Positions 29,301 to 43,359 of a DNA stretch of 64,000 nt are shown one piece after another. Positions within the stretch are counted from its first letter, which is position 1, and the number at the start of each line of letters is the position of its first letter. The stretch is from Bugula neritina (taxonomy: Eukaryota > Animalia > Bryozoa). The translations under genes were made by a program, and so were the position numbers. A model generated the notes under the pieces. The model was given only the letters and a program-made list of their open reading frames with translations. It was not told the origin of the DNA and ran no database searches. The stretch spans positions 16,041,875 through 16,105,874 of the forward strand of contig OZ037768.1 of the NCBI GenBank assembly GCA_964035545.1, read 5' to 3'.

Positions 29301-32300
29301 TTTGGGGTATTAAAAGAATCGTTAAGTTTTAGGGGTCTTAAAACTCCACCTATTAACTATATTTTAGCTTTTCTACATTCTGGCAATTTATGTTCCAAAG
29401 TATAAAGTTCAAATGAACTTATAATTTCTATTTTGATTTTGAGTAACTTTCTAAAAATAAAAAGCATAATTTTTCCAACATAAGCTGCACTGTCGTAGGT
29501 AGGTTTAGACTGTTGATGGATTGATAGTTGACATTTACTTTATAATACATGTTAATAACTTCTGATAACTTTCTACTAATAAATGATGATAAAATTAATA
29601 TTTATAAAGAGTAGTTTTTGTTAAGTTCAAGATTCGCATGACTGCAAATAAAAAGCTTACTCAGTTAATGGGCATGTTTAAAGGTAGCAGATTAGAAGAG
29701 TTACGATAATCATGTGTATCACTTTAGTATATTTCAATTCAACATTGTGCTTTTTTGAGTTTTTTGAATTTGGGTTTGTGTCAAACTGATTTGGAGGTGT
29801 AAAATGTAAATAATTAACGTAAAATCTCTAGAAGTAAGTGATGGGTAGTTTTTTTTAAATATAATCTTTTTGTAATAAAAAAGTGATTTTACTGTTATTC
29901 TAATTGCTTATGTAATATAGTTGCTCATCATTCCATTATGAGTGCCTTAAAAGGGCAGACAGCTCTTGGAGTACTTGGAAAATTGTCGTATATTTGTAAG
30001 GCACAGGCGTTGTAATTTTTGCTGTAAAGCAGAAGCAATGATTTAGATGGGTTGTGTTTTTATTAGACAAAATAATGTTGTGTGAAGTAACTTGAGTATA
30101 GCACTAAAATGGTTAAATTGATGGGTTGTACTGTAGCAGTTGAGCTGCTGTGTTGAAGGCAGGTGTTACCTAGTCTTTCCAACTGTTAGTACAGGTTGAA
30201 GACTATTTGTCAAATCTGGTGACTTGCTAAAATCTTGCTCAAACCTGGGAGGAAAATAAAAGAGTTTAAACTAGATAGCCTCCCTTCATCAGTAGTTGCT
30301 GTTAAAATTTTAGACTTGTTCAATTTATACTGAACAATTTAAACTTGTTTTTATCTTTCGATTAGCTTATAGGAAAATTGTTTGGATACAAAAGTAATAA
30401 TTTATAATTGCCTAAAATTAGCCGATCCAGTGACCATTTTGGCCTACTGGTCAAAGCTTAGCATGTGTAGTTTTGAAGTATTTTTGTTACAATTTCAAAG
30501 CCTCTTGTTCAAACAAATAAATCCTACACCAGGAATGGACACCAGGTATTAAATGATTACCTGAGCATTAAGGTGCTGGGAAATGGTAGGGAAAGGATTC
30601 TACATTAAAATTTTGGTACTGTCTCACAGCTGTTTTATTGATCAGACAAAAAAGTTGTGACTGCTATGTGCATTTGATCTGTAAATTTCACAACTGCTGG
30701 CATAAACTCCCAAATGATTTTAAAAGTTGTCTATCTTTTATTTCTAGTTCATTAGAGAAGATAACTGCCAAATTATCGTCAAACTTTCCCATGTAATTAA
30801 TTCACTGCATACTATTTCAGGAGTATTGGAAGTGGTGGTGTGTACGCTTCAGATGTGCAAGTTCAACTACGGTTTGCAGCTATAGAAAATGAAACAGAGA
30901 ATGTAAAAGATATGTACCCACCTTGCTTAGTACTGAGATTGAATAGTAAAATGGTTCAATTACCTGTGAGTATAATGTATATATACTATTTATTAAATGC
31001 CAGTATCTAAAATGACAGTCATTTTGTTATACCTTCGGTTTAGGCACAGTCGTTACAATAATTAAGGGACAATTTAAAATTTTGTCACCTGTGATTATGG
31101 AATTGGTGGGTTTTCATAATCTGTATATAACTGGGGTTGTTGGCCAAGCATGTTGGCAGGACACATGTACTAAACTTAAATGCTCCTATAAACTTATAAT
31201 ACTGATTTTAACAGTTTATGTTGCTTCTAATTATGAAACAGCTCAACAAAGTAACTGGTATGATATACTTAGCTTCAAAGTTTTTACCATACAAAGCTTT
31301 GATATTATTATATAACAGTCTGATAAACAGCAAACTTACATATTGCTTAGAAGCCTGGGGAAATGCCCCTAAAACCCATCTGAACAAGTTGCTTTTAATT
31401 CAAAAATGCATTATTCGCATTATTTTCTACAAATCACCTACTGAACACACGTCACCTCTATTTATCAAAGCAGAAATTCTTCCTATTGATCTCTTGTATA
31501 TCTACCGCCTATGTCTTATTGGTCATTCAGCTTATTATACTCCATCTCACACCAAACAACCACCAACTTACCTCACCAGACATTCTGAACTTTCCTTACC
31601 CTTACCTCTCTCTACCTCCGCAGCAGGTCATCGTCAAGTGTCCTACCAGATGTCTAGCAATTGGAATAAGCTACCTCTGACTTTAAGACATCATCAAAGC
31701 TTTGCCACATTTAAAATATTGTTGAAAAAGCACCTACTAAAATCTTTAACTTAATCTGAATAAATAGTTCCCACTATTTTTTCAACTGCCACTTGGGCCC
31801 CGCTCCTTGAATAGCTATGCTACTGAGCACATGGGCCCCCATCTTGACTTCGAGTGATATTATATATAAATTGAATTTAGCTCTTTTTGTGTTACTGTTG
31901 TATATTTGTATTTTTTTGTCCTTTTGTTTTTTTTGATGGAAATAAAGAAAACAAACAAACAAACAAACAAACTGTTGGTGTTATTGCTTGCGTAGAATGA
32001 GATGGTTTTCACTACCATCACCTGATCAGGTAGTCAGAGTACTTAGGTAATACATGTAATAGGCGGTGCTTGCAGATCTTGTTTGAAAATGGTTCACCTA
32101 GAGTCTAGATAGATTTTAGTCATTGTTTACAAAGTATGTTTTGTTGGGTGTTTCCTTACATCATGTCATGCTATCTTTTCTGTGTTTTTAGAATCCTATT
32201 CCTACAAACAAACAGAATTCTGACCCAAAGCGCCCACCTAGACCTTTAGACCTCACCTGGACCTGCAGAATGACCCCGATGGTTCAGAACTCTTTGCTAA

Positions 32301-35300
32301 TTTGTTGGGCCTTACCCAACGAGCCTGAACTGCCTAAAGTATGCTATTCTCTGTGTTGTCTGTGTCTGCTGGTTGGTGGGAGCTTATGAGGGTAGAATTG
32401 GAGTCACTCCTACTAGCCCAGAAATACAACCTTTTCCTATCACACTGTGTGTTTGTTACATATGTTCCTACATTAGATCTCTTGAAGTTGAAACTTTTGT
32501 CTGCAAAGCTGCCTTAATCAAAATGTGGTGTTTTATAAATGAAAGCGTTGTTTGGTAATTTCTATTAGATATACTTGTGGCAATGTGATTGTGTTGTTCA
32601 GAAAGTGGGTTTTTGAAAGCTGATTTCTTCTAGTTTTGTTACAAAAAAGTTAGGCTTTGAAGCCTTGAAAGCATCTAAAATGACTGCAGCTGAAGTATCA
32701 AGGTCACCAAGTGTAGCATTCAAGGTTTCAAAAAATTTTGCTCAAATTAATAGGGCTTTGAGGTTGGTCTATATTGCTAACAGTTGATTGATGAGGTATT
32801 TCACAGCTGGCCAGTCAGTCCAACAGTAAAACTATTACTTGTCGTTTCCAGGCCCTGCAGTATTTCAACCACTACCATTTGACAAACTAGTTTATTACAT
32901 ATTTTAAATTATATTAAATATTATGTGTATGGAGACATTACAAGCACATTTGTGTATTTCTTAATGTTATATAAAAATGACTAATAAGTTATGAGAAGTA
33001 TTTTGTACCTCTTTCCAAATTAACCCAGTTTCCTCCACATAGCAGTGTGATACCAGAATCAGTGTACTAACTAATGGCATGCTGTTATAGAAATATTGCT
33101 ACACAATCAATTTGGTGAGGAAACGATCATCTGAATACTTGACACAGAATGTAGTCAGTCGAGGATTGCGTCTGAGGCATGAAACAGAAGCTCTTAGTAA
33201 GTGTCTATGTTATTTGTATGTCATCTTCTAAAATATGCGTACTTTTGCTGACTCACTGCTTCATACTTTTGGCAAGTAATCTAAAGGATGTAATTTGACC
33301 GTAAAAATAAGAAAAATTCATGTCAGGGCTTAACCTAGAAATAGTGAAAGTATGTTAAGAGCCGTATAGGCCTACATATATTATGATTCTGGTAATATGA
33401 AAATCTCATCTCATGAGCCATTTTATGAGGCTTCTGCACTATAAATAGTTCTGTACAAATGCAGCATATATACCACCTTCATAGCATATCATTTCTATAG
33501 AACCTTCATGGCACATCACTTCTATAGAACCTTCATAGCATATCATTTCTATAGAACCTTCATGGCACATCACTTCTATAGAACCTTCATAGCATATCAT
33601 TTCTATACCACCTTCATAGCATATCACTTCTATACCACCTTCATAGCACATCACTTCTATACCACCTTCATAGCATATCACTTCTATACCACCTTCATAG
33701 CACATCACTTCTATACCACCTGTGTATCACATCACTTCTGTACCACCTTTATAGCATATCACTTCTATACCACCTGTGTATCACATCACTTCTATAGCAC
33801 CTTTATAGCATATCACTTCTATACCACCTTCATAGCATATCACTTCTATACCACCTTCATAGCACATCACTTCTATACCACCTGTGTATCACATCACTTC
33901 TGTACCACCTTTATAGCATATCACTTCTATACCACCTGTGTATCACATCACTTCTATACCACCTTCATAGCACATCACTTCTATACCACCTGTGTATCAC
34001 ATCACTTCTATAGAGCCTGTGTATCACATCACTTCTATAGAGCCTGTGTATCACATCACTTCTATAGAGCCTGTGTATCACATCACTTCTATAGCACCTG
34101 TGTATCACATCACTTCTATAGAGTGTGTGAAAGACATCACTTATAGTGCTTGTGTAACACATAATTTTATTAATGAGCGTAGTTCAAATTTACTGCTGAG
34201 ATATGCTTAGAAAAATTGGACCTCATTTCTTGAAAAACTATGAAATTCAAATCCTTTACCATCATGATTGTCACATTGTGTCATCAAATATACATGTGCA
34301 GTATTTTGTTAATGTGTGACAACACAATATGCCAATATATGTATATAGTATTGTGTGTATGGCTCATATAGCAACATAGCTGAAGCAGTATAGTAAGCTG
34401 AAGGTATTCTGTCATAGGTCTGTTATGTTCATGTACATTAATGTGGCATTTGGTACTCTTTAGTCAAAGCCAAACTCTCTGATGACGAAGACGACATTGC
34501 ATTAACTAGTCTTAAAGTGTCGTTACTCTGTCCGGTGAGTGATCACTCTAATACAACATGCAGGTGGAGTGTAGACCCACTGTTCTATATCTCCAAGCTG
34601 TACCTTAATGACTTGCATATTTTAACTGAATATACATATTCTACACAACAGTGCCCTGTAATTTTTATTTTAAAAAAATTGAATTTTGCCCAAATTGCCA
34701 TTTTGAATTATAAGTGAAAAATGTGCATGAAACATGGTACAAGTATTGATATGCCTATACACTGACTAAACCATTGAGTTGTTTATTCAAGCAAGTGAAC
34801 TGACTGTTGGTACCTTCCAGTAGTCTTACTATGCTTTATGCTATGTATTCAATTTAATGCTTTCTCCTACCTATTTTTATATTGACACTGTATTTAATGT
34901 AACTCAATTCTGAAAGATATATTTAAGCAAAGCAATGTTTCATTTAGTCATTATTTCACCCTTATTAGTCCACGGAAGTACAAGAACACAACATAAATAT
35001 TAGCTTTTAGCTAGGCATGAAATAGCAGTGTTTTGCAGTTTGCATACAGGTTATTTGATTTTATTACTTGAATAAAACAAGGAAATACCTTGGGATATTA
35101 GCTATGTCTGCCTGCATAGTTGTTCCCTTTAGAAAGCTGGACTGTTGGAACTTTCCACTCAACCCAGCATTTTTCCTTGTCTTCAAAATAATGATGGAAA
35201 CACTGAAGCATCATTCTTCTATCTAACTATAGATTAAATAGAAACAGGTTACTTTCAAACAAGTGTTGAAATTAAAAGCCAGGAGTAAATTTTTCAGCAC

Positions 35301-38300
35301 ACTGTAGAGAAGGTGTGTGGTGTACATTGAGGGGGTGTGGTGTAGATAGAGGGGGTGTGGTGGATAGAGAGAGGGGGTGTGGTGTAGATAGAGGGGGTGT
35401 GGTGTAGATAGAGGGGGTGTGGTGGATAGAGGGAGGGAGATGGTGGATAGAGAAAGGGGGTGTGGAGCAGAATGAGTGTGGCTGGTGTCAAAAGAGATAA
35501 CTATACCATACTGTATAAAACGTACTGCAGTTCTTCATTATATATGCAGCTAGGTAAAATGAGAATGACCCTGCCTTGTTGTCCCAAGACATGTGATCAC
35601 ATACAGTGCTTTGATGCCAGACTCTACCTGATGATGAATGAGAAGAAACCGACGTGGAATTGTCCCGTATGCGATGCGCCAGCCATGTATAAAGATCTGG
35701 TGATAGATGAGTAAGTCAGCGATAGCATGCACCTAGTGGGTACTCTTGGCTGATGTTTGAATGAGTTTAACAATTATCAATCTTGGAATCTCTTCAAGTG
35801 ATTTGGCTAAGAACAAGCATCAACTCTAGTCCACATTTTTATGACAAAGCAATTTATCTTTTACAGCGTTTAAATAGTTTTTAGGAGTTTAGCAGTTTGG
35901 TCAACTTAATATAAAGATTTCATCATAATTAGGCTGAAATAGTTCAAAAATGCAACTTTTTGCTATCTAAGCCTGTGAGATGCAGTATTTACAACCTCGT
36001 ACTGAAATCATGCCTTTGTCCCCAGGTTATTCACAGAGATATGTAAGGTGGCTGGTGATTGTGATGAAATACTGTTCAGTCCAGATGGTTCCTGGGCCCC
36101 TCTTGGGGCACCCACTAAAGATACTCAAACAGTCAACTCCAATAAAAATGGTATGAATCAACCTCCCCATAAACCGACCAATCAGCAAAAAGAGTTTGCA
36201 ACTCCAGTTGTGCAAGGTGAGTCTAGCTGCACGTGCCAACATGTTGGGTGATTCTAAACTAGGTGCAGCAGATTGTGCCAACTGCCAATTTTCCTGCTAT
36301 GCTTTGTCTCATTCACTGATAGCAACCTGCCTCTACACATTAGTGCTGGACTTTAGACCATGCCCTATGGCTAGATTTTCTAGCTAATTAGAGTATAATA
36401 TTACAGTAATGGGTGCAAGGAACTGGGGTTAGAGAGGGCAATGCCCTATCAGTCTTTTAGACATTACCCATGTTGTGTTACCAAGTTAAATAGCTTGTAC
36501 AGTTAACCTCTTGTAGTATATTGTTGTGAGAACCGAAATGTGAGGGTCATATTCTGTTTACAGACAGACCTAGCTGGCATCTTTCCTTTTCCTGTGATAT
36601 ACTCTCATCTGTTCCATGTTGAAAACCACCACTTTGTGCTATTCATTCAAATCTAGGCTGGTAGTCTGTATAAAGGATTTAAGTTTTGTTTTGAATAAGA
36701 AATTATCAGAATCTGTGAATAAATTAGATTAGATGATTGAGTTTTAGGAAGTAATATTTCAACTGTGTTTTCCCTGACGAGTGGTACTGAATAACTGTTG
36801 GCCGCCGCATTGTGGCAGTAGTTGGTGACGTAAGCGTAAGCGTTGTGGTGGCAGCTACTGCTAGTGTCAAGGTCAACATATTAACCTATATATTGCAGAT
36901 GATGCAGAGAAGCCAGCCAACATAGATATCATAGTATTAAGTGACAGTGATGAGGACGAGGACGGGCTGTCAGACAACAGTAGTATTCAGCCTGTGCGGC
37001 ATAGCCAGAAGAGACCAGTGTCGGCCATTAGCAGCTCAGACTCGTCTTCTCTCGAATTAAATAGTGCATCCTCCTCTCAGGGAGGTGGAGGTAAACTTGC
37101 GCGTATAAACGGTGCAACTGCTACGTCACACACTAACTCTGTATCTCACTTAAATCCTCCACCACAATCTGTATTTAACGTACCAGGTAATCACTAACTT
37201 TCTTTACGTCTTACTCTGCTAATCTGTGCAACTCTGGGCTTCTTGTCTAATGAAGCATTTTAAGAAACTTCTTTTATAATTGTTCAGTTTTTCAAATAAT
37301 CTTGAAATATGACGTTGTTCTGTAACTTTAGTATATGCTTCTCACTATCTATATGATAGAATATACATTTGTGGGAGAGTGTGTAATAATTTACCACTAA
37401 AAAAGTTTCCATATAAACAGAACCAAGTACAGGATAGAGTAAAATGTTAAAATAAATTTGAAGCATTTCGTCACTAGTAATTGTATATACTCTTTGGCAG
37501 ACCACAAGATTACTTTCCCAAAGTGTAGCTTCTGTTGTGACTTTTTGTAGGTCTACTTGACAATAAAAACTTTTTCTGTAAGTTCAATGTGCAATGGGTG
37601 CTTCAGTGTGTGGAATGTGTCATGTTGTAATCTGCTCTAATGTCAGCTGTGCAGCCTAATTCAGTGTAGTAGATTAGCTCTCCTTTTCCTCTGCTCTAAA
37701 CATATGCTGTATAGTGATGCACCCCTAGGCTGCTCTACCCACTCCTTTCCTCTCCTTTGTTTAAACATGAAATGTTTAAATATTATTATGCTGGAAAATA
37801 ATATTTTATAACATACCTGCAATATCTCAACATCATTGTGCAAATATGATATTTTTTCTTAAATTTTCATTCTAGAATTGTAGTGTGTCATGTTGTATAT
37901 AATTATTTGGCTTAAGCTGCTTGTGGAATTTATAGTATTTTATTTTGACTGGGGGGAGGGAGATTGTGAGTTTTTATGTAGTGCAAGCACCTTATCAAAA
38001 CGGCATGTAGTGCTTTGTTTCCTGCTCTAGCCTAGTTTAACCCAGATTCCTACCTGTTCTAATTCTAACCAGTTTCAAAGAATTACCAGTTGGCACTTTG
38101 TCAAACCTTAGCACACTATTTGACCTTCTTCATTGCTGCTTATTTTGGAAACTGTAAAACATAATGTGTTGGTTTTCTGATATCTTAAGGTGCCTATTGC
38201 ATGTATTTATGTAGTCCTCTCATTATTACCTCACACTATGATCCTACCTGTACAAACAAGCAGGCTGGGTGTAGACAGCCCAATAGCTTGTCTACACTTC

Positions 38301-40836
38301 CATGCACTCAGTGTACTATATTATAGAGCACAGTATATTACTTGTATTGATGACTTTAGAGCAGGCCAGTTGTGAGAATCTAAATTCTAGATTGTACAGA
38401 ATTGACCTCAAATATTGCTGGCAACAGGATTTGGGAGCTTTCAATGTGACCACAGCAGCAATTATGATCACATGCTCTTGTTGACATCACTGCTGCCGCG
38501 CCAGCTGGTGTCATGTGATGAGTTGACCAGGGCAGCATGCTCTTTGTTGGGGGGGGGGGGGGGTTCCTAGGAGCTGTTAATCAAGTGTCCATATTAGATG
38601 TTTTCATGAAAACCAGTCATGTTTAAACTTCTTAGCTTTATATATTTGAATATAACATTTAGCGTACTCTGATTGGCTGAGCAGTTTGACAATTATGTAT
38701 TTAAAAGTCTTACTGTAAAAGCAATGTTTAACTACCCATTCCCATTGAATACTCAAAGTTTTGCTGGCTAGAAACACCTTGTTGAAAGGTTGTCTCTATG
38801 TGTTTGCCCAATTTTTTCTAATGAATGTTTGTCATGGAACCATCCCAGTGCTGGCAGATTTATGCTGTCCTACAGGGCAACAGAACATGGTGTTTTATAA
38901 TGAAGTGTGTTTCTTGTTTCAGGTAATACAATGCCTACCTCAAGTTCCTATCACAATGGTAATATATTAGACAGTCTGCCCCCCACATCAGCAACTTCAG
39001 CACACTCATTCACACCGCCCTACCCCATGTTCATGCCAACCAGTATGTCTCTTACTGCATTTACTTGCAACTTGCAGAATTTTTGCCTCTTTACATTCCG
39101 TTTGAAATTATTAATACTACAAGTATATGCTATCAATCTTTATGTGACAGAGAAAATTTATTCATTTAGGTCTTTATTAGCTTAAATATATTCTGAAACC
39201 ACAGTTAGATGTAGGTTTGGTTGTCAATGTGATGGTCAGAGTATAGTAGTAGTATAGTATAGTAGTGTAGTATAGTATAGTAGTGTAGTATAGTATAGTC
39301 ATAGTAGTGTAGTAGTAAAATATTATAGTAGTATAATGGTATAATAGTATGGTAGTATAATAGTACAGGTAGTGAAATATTATTATAGTAGTATAATAGT
39401 ATAGTATTGTAGTAGTATAATAGTATAGTATTGTAGTAGTATAATAGTATAGTATTGTAGTAGTATAATAGTATAGTAGTAGTATAATAGTATAGTAGTA
39501 TAATAGTATAGTATTATACTAACGAAAAGAAATTGTATCCAGCAATACTCCACTATAAATGGAAACCATATTAAACAAGTTTTAGTTCAATTTTTTGTTT
39601 CGTTTGATAGGCAGCCGGCATCTCACTAGAATATAACTGATCTTTTAGTTTAATATTTCATGACAAGTCAGATACACATTGCTCCATTATTTCTCTTGGC
39701 AAGGAACTAGGAACTTAATTATATCCATTATTACAAAATCCTGTTGCAGCAAAAAACTGTATAATTTTTAAATTGCTCTGTAACTTAGTTTATTCAATTC
39801 GTATATTTGAAAGCCATTGCTAACTAGCTAATTTTAGTTTCTCAAATTTAATCTTTTAACTTTGTTTCCCAGAAGTCACCTTGTGTCCCTAGTGCTGTTC
39901 GCTTATACATAAGGGATGTTTGGAACCAGTATTGAGATAGTTGAACATGCTAATATGTGTTTTAGATTTGGACTTTCATATGCCTTCAAGTTCTTTCTCA
40001 ACCTCCCATCATCTCAATAGTTTATATGTAAGTATACTACAAGGTGGCTTACTTAGTCCCCACTGCTAATTACATCCATGTTTTATTTAAATGGCACCGG
40101 CTATAAGATTGGGGAGAGAAACATTTGATAATAAAGTGGGATGGCAATGTGCCATATATAATCAATAAGTATTATTTGTATATTTTCCTTATAATTTAAA
40201 TATTAACTGGGTGTATATGTGGTGAAATAGCAATATATCTCTCACTGTAGCATAAGATATATAGCCTACTGCTTATTTATATTAAGTGTTATTCACAGAA
40301 AATCATCAGATAATTATTAGGATTTTCTAATGTCTCAACATAATGAATAATTATGCAATGAATAAATTTAATAGCTAACTCTATATATGTAACGATTTAA
40401 ATAAATGATTAAAATTTAGTGTTATTTTACTGTTAGTGGGTCTAGGAATGTCATGTGCTCAAGTCTGACTCAGCAGAAATAATTTCACTCAGTCATGACT
40501 TATAGTAAAACTTCTCTATTAGTATAATTACAGTAATATGGTTTTAGTTTATGGTAAGTGCCAAGTGGTATTAAAATAACAACATTTAAATAGAGAAACT
40601 TTGAAATGGTTGAAGGTTTCAATTGAAGTTGGTGTTTACCTGGTTTATGTAAGTCAGCACCAATATGCTGTATGTATCTGTTTTAGCCAATGTCAATGGC
40701 TGCACAAGAATTTGGCAGGACATCAATGCAGTTCCAACAATCAAATGCAATACCAGAGCCTAGTATTATAGACTTTTCCCCTAGGTTTGATGATAGCCCT
40801 CTACTAGATGACTCAGATATTATTGCCTTAGATTAG
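26303..40836 (+). CDS. PIAS: E3 SUMO-protein ligase PIAS (protein inhibitor of activated STAT), 644 aa
   Basis: 14 exons: 26303-26332, 27997-28154, 28269-28486, 28994-29081, 30821-30965, 32192-32338, 33091-33196, 34464-34534, 35550-35710, 36026-36216, 36899-37186, 38923-39042, 39966-40027, 40687-40836 (1935 nt, phases consistent). SAP domain ([16 protein letters not shown]), PINIT domain ([18 protein letters not shown]), SP-RING ([28 protein letters not shown]), SIM ([14 protein letters not shown]) and a terminal DIIALD*. Confidence 0.95.
31218..31971 (+). mobile_element. 5'-truncated LINE (CR1/L2-like) 3' end in PIAS intron 5
   Basis: ORF 31218-31754 with [45 protein letters not shown], followed by a 3' UTR, AATAAA and an (AAAC)n tail at about 31948-31971. 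Confidence 0.88.
33470..34140. repeat. 27-bp minisatellite (CACCTTCATAGCACATCACTTCTATAC variants) in PIAS intron 7
   Basis: Direct tandem array; the unit is a multiple of 3, which yields repetitive spurious ORFs on both strands. Confidence 0.95.
35310..35470. repeat. G-rich ~20-22-bp minisatellite (GAGGGGGTGTGGTGTAGATA) in PIAS intron 8
   Basis: Several tandem copies are visible. Confidence 0.85.
39240..39518. repeat. AGT/AGTAT low-complexity satellite with 24-bp higher-order units (TAGTATAGTATTGTAGTAGTATAA)
   Basis: Direct reading. Confidence 0.9.
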
Positions 40837-41397
40837 TTATTCAATTACAATATTGTATACTGAATAGATTCACTAGGAGTCATTTTTATGGCCATTGTGT
40901 AATCTTTTTCTAGCTAGTATTTGTGCCTCATTTTACATATTAGGAGTGCAAAGATCACTGTACAGAAAGATCCTTATATATTTTGGTTGTCGGTTTGATT
41001 GCCTAAAAAGTATCTTTGCTACTTGCTTCAAGAGTATACACATGTGCTATTTTTTTAATTGAACTCTTTTGTAACCTAAACTTGACAGTTATAATATATT
41101 TGTACATAACTTTAATTAACTGTTTATTGCCTTCACTCTTAGTTTTAATCTTATAGTAAAATAATAATTCATTTTCCCATTTTATTTATTTAAAAAATTG
41201 GACACTATAGGTTTGATTCCAGCAAAGCATTTATATACATGTTGATAGGTAAAAAAATTAATTTACACAATTTGAATAAAATTAAATAAATCGATTCAAT
41301 AGAGTTATCTTTTCTTGGTAGCCAAATATTACATAATTCAGCAACAACATATTTTACCAAAGAATAACTTTAGAATATATTTCAAAAGAATGACTGG

Positions 41398-42045
41398 TTA
41401 CACGAGCTCAGCTTGACTACCAAACAGTTCATATTTGTGATACTCCTCATAAGATGGTGGAGCTAACTCCCCTAAGTCTACATCCTCAAAGTCTGAGTGC
41501 AAGTCAGCTATATTAAAACTCTTACTCCCAGTGTAGCATGTCGGAAGAGTGACAGGTGGTGAGGGCAGTGATGCTGCAGGTGTCAGCTGATCAGGCTCAT
41601 TGCAAACTGGCATATCGTCCATATTGATTGTAAATATTGCACACCCTGTATTGCTACTTGGTTGGTGAGAGTTTGTAGAGACTTGTAAGCTTGTGGCTGT
41701 GTCTGGCACAGGTTCTACTGTCATATGATGATTATTTGAGATGATTTCTTCATACTTAGGAGGTATGTATTTATTCCTTTCACACATGGATTCAAGTCTT
41801 TGTTCAGTATGTTTTGAGCTATGGCTTTTCTTTCTCCTCAAATGGTCCAGAACACAGAATAGGGTGCCCAGTAAGACTGGTATTATAAGTCCAAGTGCTA
41901 CCCAGTACCAAGCTACATATCCTGAAAAGGTTGAAGATGTCAGTTGAGCTGTAGTGGTATGACTGTGTAATAGAGGCCCCAGTGTAGATACTTCCTTATT
42001 CATCATGATATGTGCGTTGTGAAGCTTATATGAGTTGTGCGTCAT
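41398..42045 (-). CDS. Single-pass membrane protein with two cytoplasmic PPxY motifs (WBP1/VOPP1/PMEPA1-like architecture), 215 aa
   Basis: Non-repetitive ORF with a hydrophobic segment VAWYWVALGLIIPVLLGTLFCVL, a basic stop-transfer LRRKK, then PPKY and PPSY. A splice acceptor directly precedes the ATG; a candidate upstream donor GTAAGT lies at 43128. Confidence 0.75.
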   Translation of the reverse strand: MTHNSYKLHNAHIMMNKEVSTLGPLLHSHTTTAQLTSSTFSGYVAWYWVALGLIIPVLLGTLFCVLDHLRRKKSHSSKHTEQRLESMCERNKYIPPKYEEIISNNHHMTVEPVPDTATSLQVSTNSHQPSSNTGCAIFTINMDDMPVCNEPDQLTPAASLPSPPVTLPTCYTGSKSFNIADLHSDFEDVDLGELAPPSYEEYHKYELFGSQAELV

Positions 42046-43349
42046 CTACAACATAGTTATCAGGAAATAGAAGGAGAGGTAACTAACTTGCCAAAATTAC
42101 AGACTATTTGAGCAATACTCCCTTTGATGTGATTTGCATATATTTTCACTTTGGCATGAAACTATTTTTAAAAATCTGAAAATGTTGCAAGGAATATTAT
42201 GGCAAGCCAGATGATATTTATAGCAGATAGTATAGGAAGTAAAACTAGAGTAGAAAGAGGATTGTAACACTGAACTGTAATTGCTACCAGGACAATGCCT
42301 GCCTGTCCAGCAGCCATTACACATGCACAATACTTGTTTTAAAGTGATTTTAGGATCAATCAGTTGTTCAATCTGTCTAGTCATAATGTCTAGCAGCTGT
42401 GAAATAATCATTATGCAATGAGAATCAAAGGTGCTTATAGTAGCATCACCTCTCCTGACACTGCAGTTGATGATTCACGTGTAAATCTTTAAATAGTCTC
42501 AGAATTAACTACAAGTTGCTGATGTCATTGGAATTGTCAATGATTCACAAATTCTGCAGTCATTATTTTAAACAGGAAGCTAACTGGTGTACACAATGCT
42601 ATAACTAGTTTTAAAATAATGTATGACGTCTGAGGCTCATCACCTTTCCTGGACAAAAATAGCTATAATCACAGGTTAATAGCTTCTTCAGGAAATCAAC
42701 TGACTAATTTCATTGCAAGTTGATGTGTGGAGGAAAGCAAAATAATAATCATCTTTCACTGGATTAATGTGCTGTTAAAAATTCAACTACAATCAACAAT
42801 TCGACTGGTTTGGAGATGAGGGAAAAGTACAAGCCACAGTTTCATGCCAATCTTTGCAAATCTCTTTAGTTTGAGTATAAATTGTAATACTATTATTACT
42901 CAGTCTCATGTAATTTATAATTGAGCATTCAAATATAAATGTACGGCTGTTTTTTAAATAAACTCCCAAGAAAATTACATAATACATTCACTATACAAAA
43001 ATTGGTTTATCAACTTTAAGTACGCACTAGTGCTACTTACAGTAATATCTAACAGATAACGATATACTTATAGTATTACTATTAGTAACACTAACTGTAA
43101 GTGTAAGATACTGAATTCTACTACTTACTATACTAATAGTAATATATCCACTACTTCCACAACATATGCTTGTTTCAGAACTAAGGAGGAGAAGGGACTT
43201 AGTCCTGCTTGTCGATCAGGTCTATGAAAACTGATGCAAAAACTCTGCCTTATTAGTTGTGACTAGAAAAATTGAGTACGCATTCGACCGCTAGTGAAAC
43301 TAATTCCCAAGTGATCAGTGTTTGCTATCCTCGATTGTCTACACGCTTT

Positions 43350-43359
43350 GGGACTTTCC
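43350..43359 (+). promoter_or_regulatory. Canonical NF-kB site GGGACTTTCC, with a nearby CCAAT box (minus strand, ~43378-43382), upstream of the PPxY membrane-protein gene
   Basis: Exact 10/10 match to the classical kB element, in a CpG-containing patch just upstream of the inferred first exon (~43129-43290). Function is inferred. Confidence 0.45.

Noticed and set aside
33439-34210. His-rich repeat ORFs, or a CRISPR-like array
   Set aside because: The units are contiguous 27-mers without unique spacers, there are no cas genes, and the location is a eukaryotic intron.
38510-38680. Possible intronic C/D snoRNA (GTGATGA box) in PIAS intron 11
   Set aside because: There is no suitably spaced D box or terminal stem, and a poly-G run interrupts the region.
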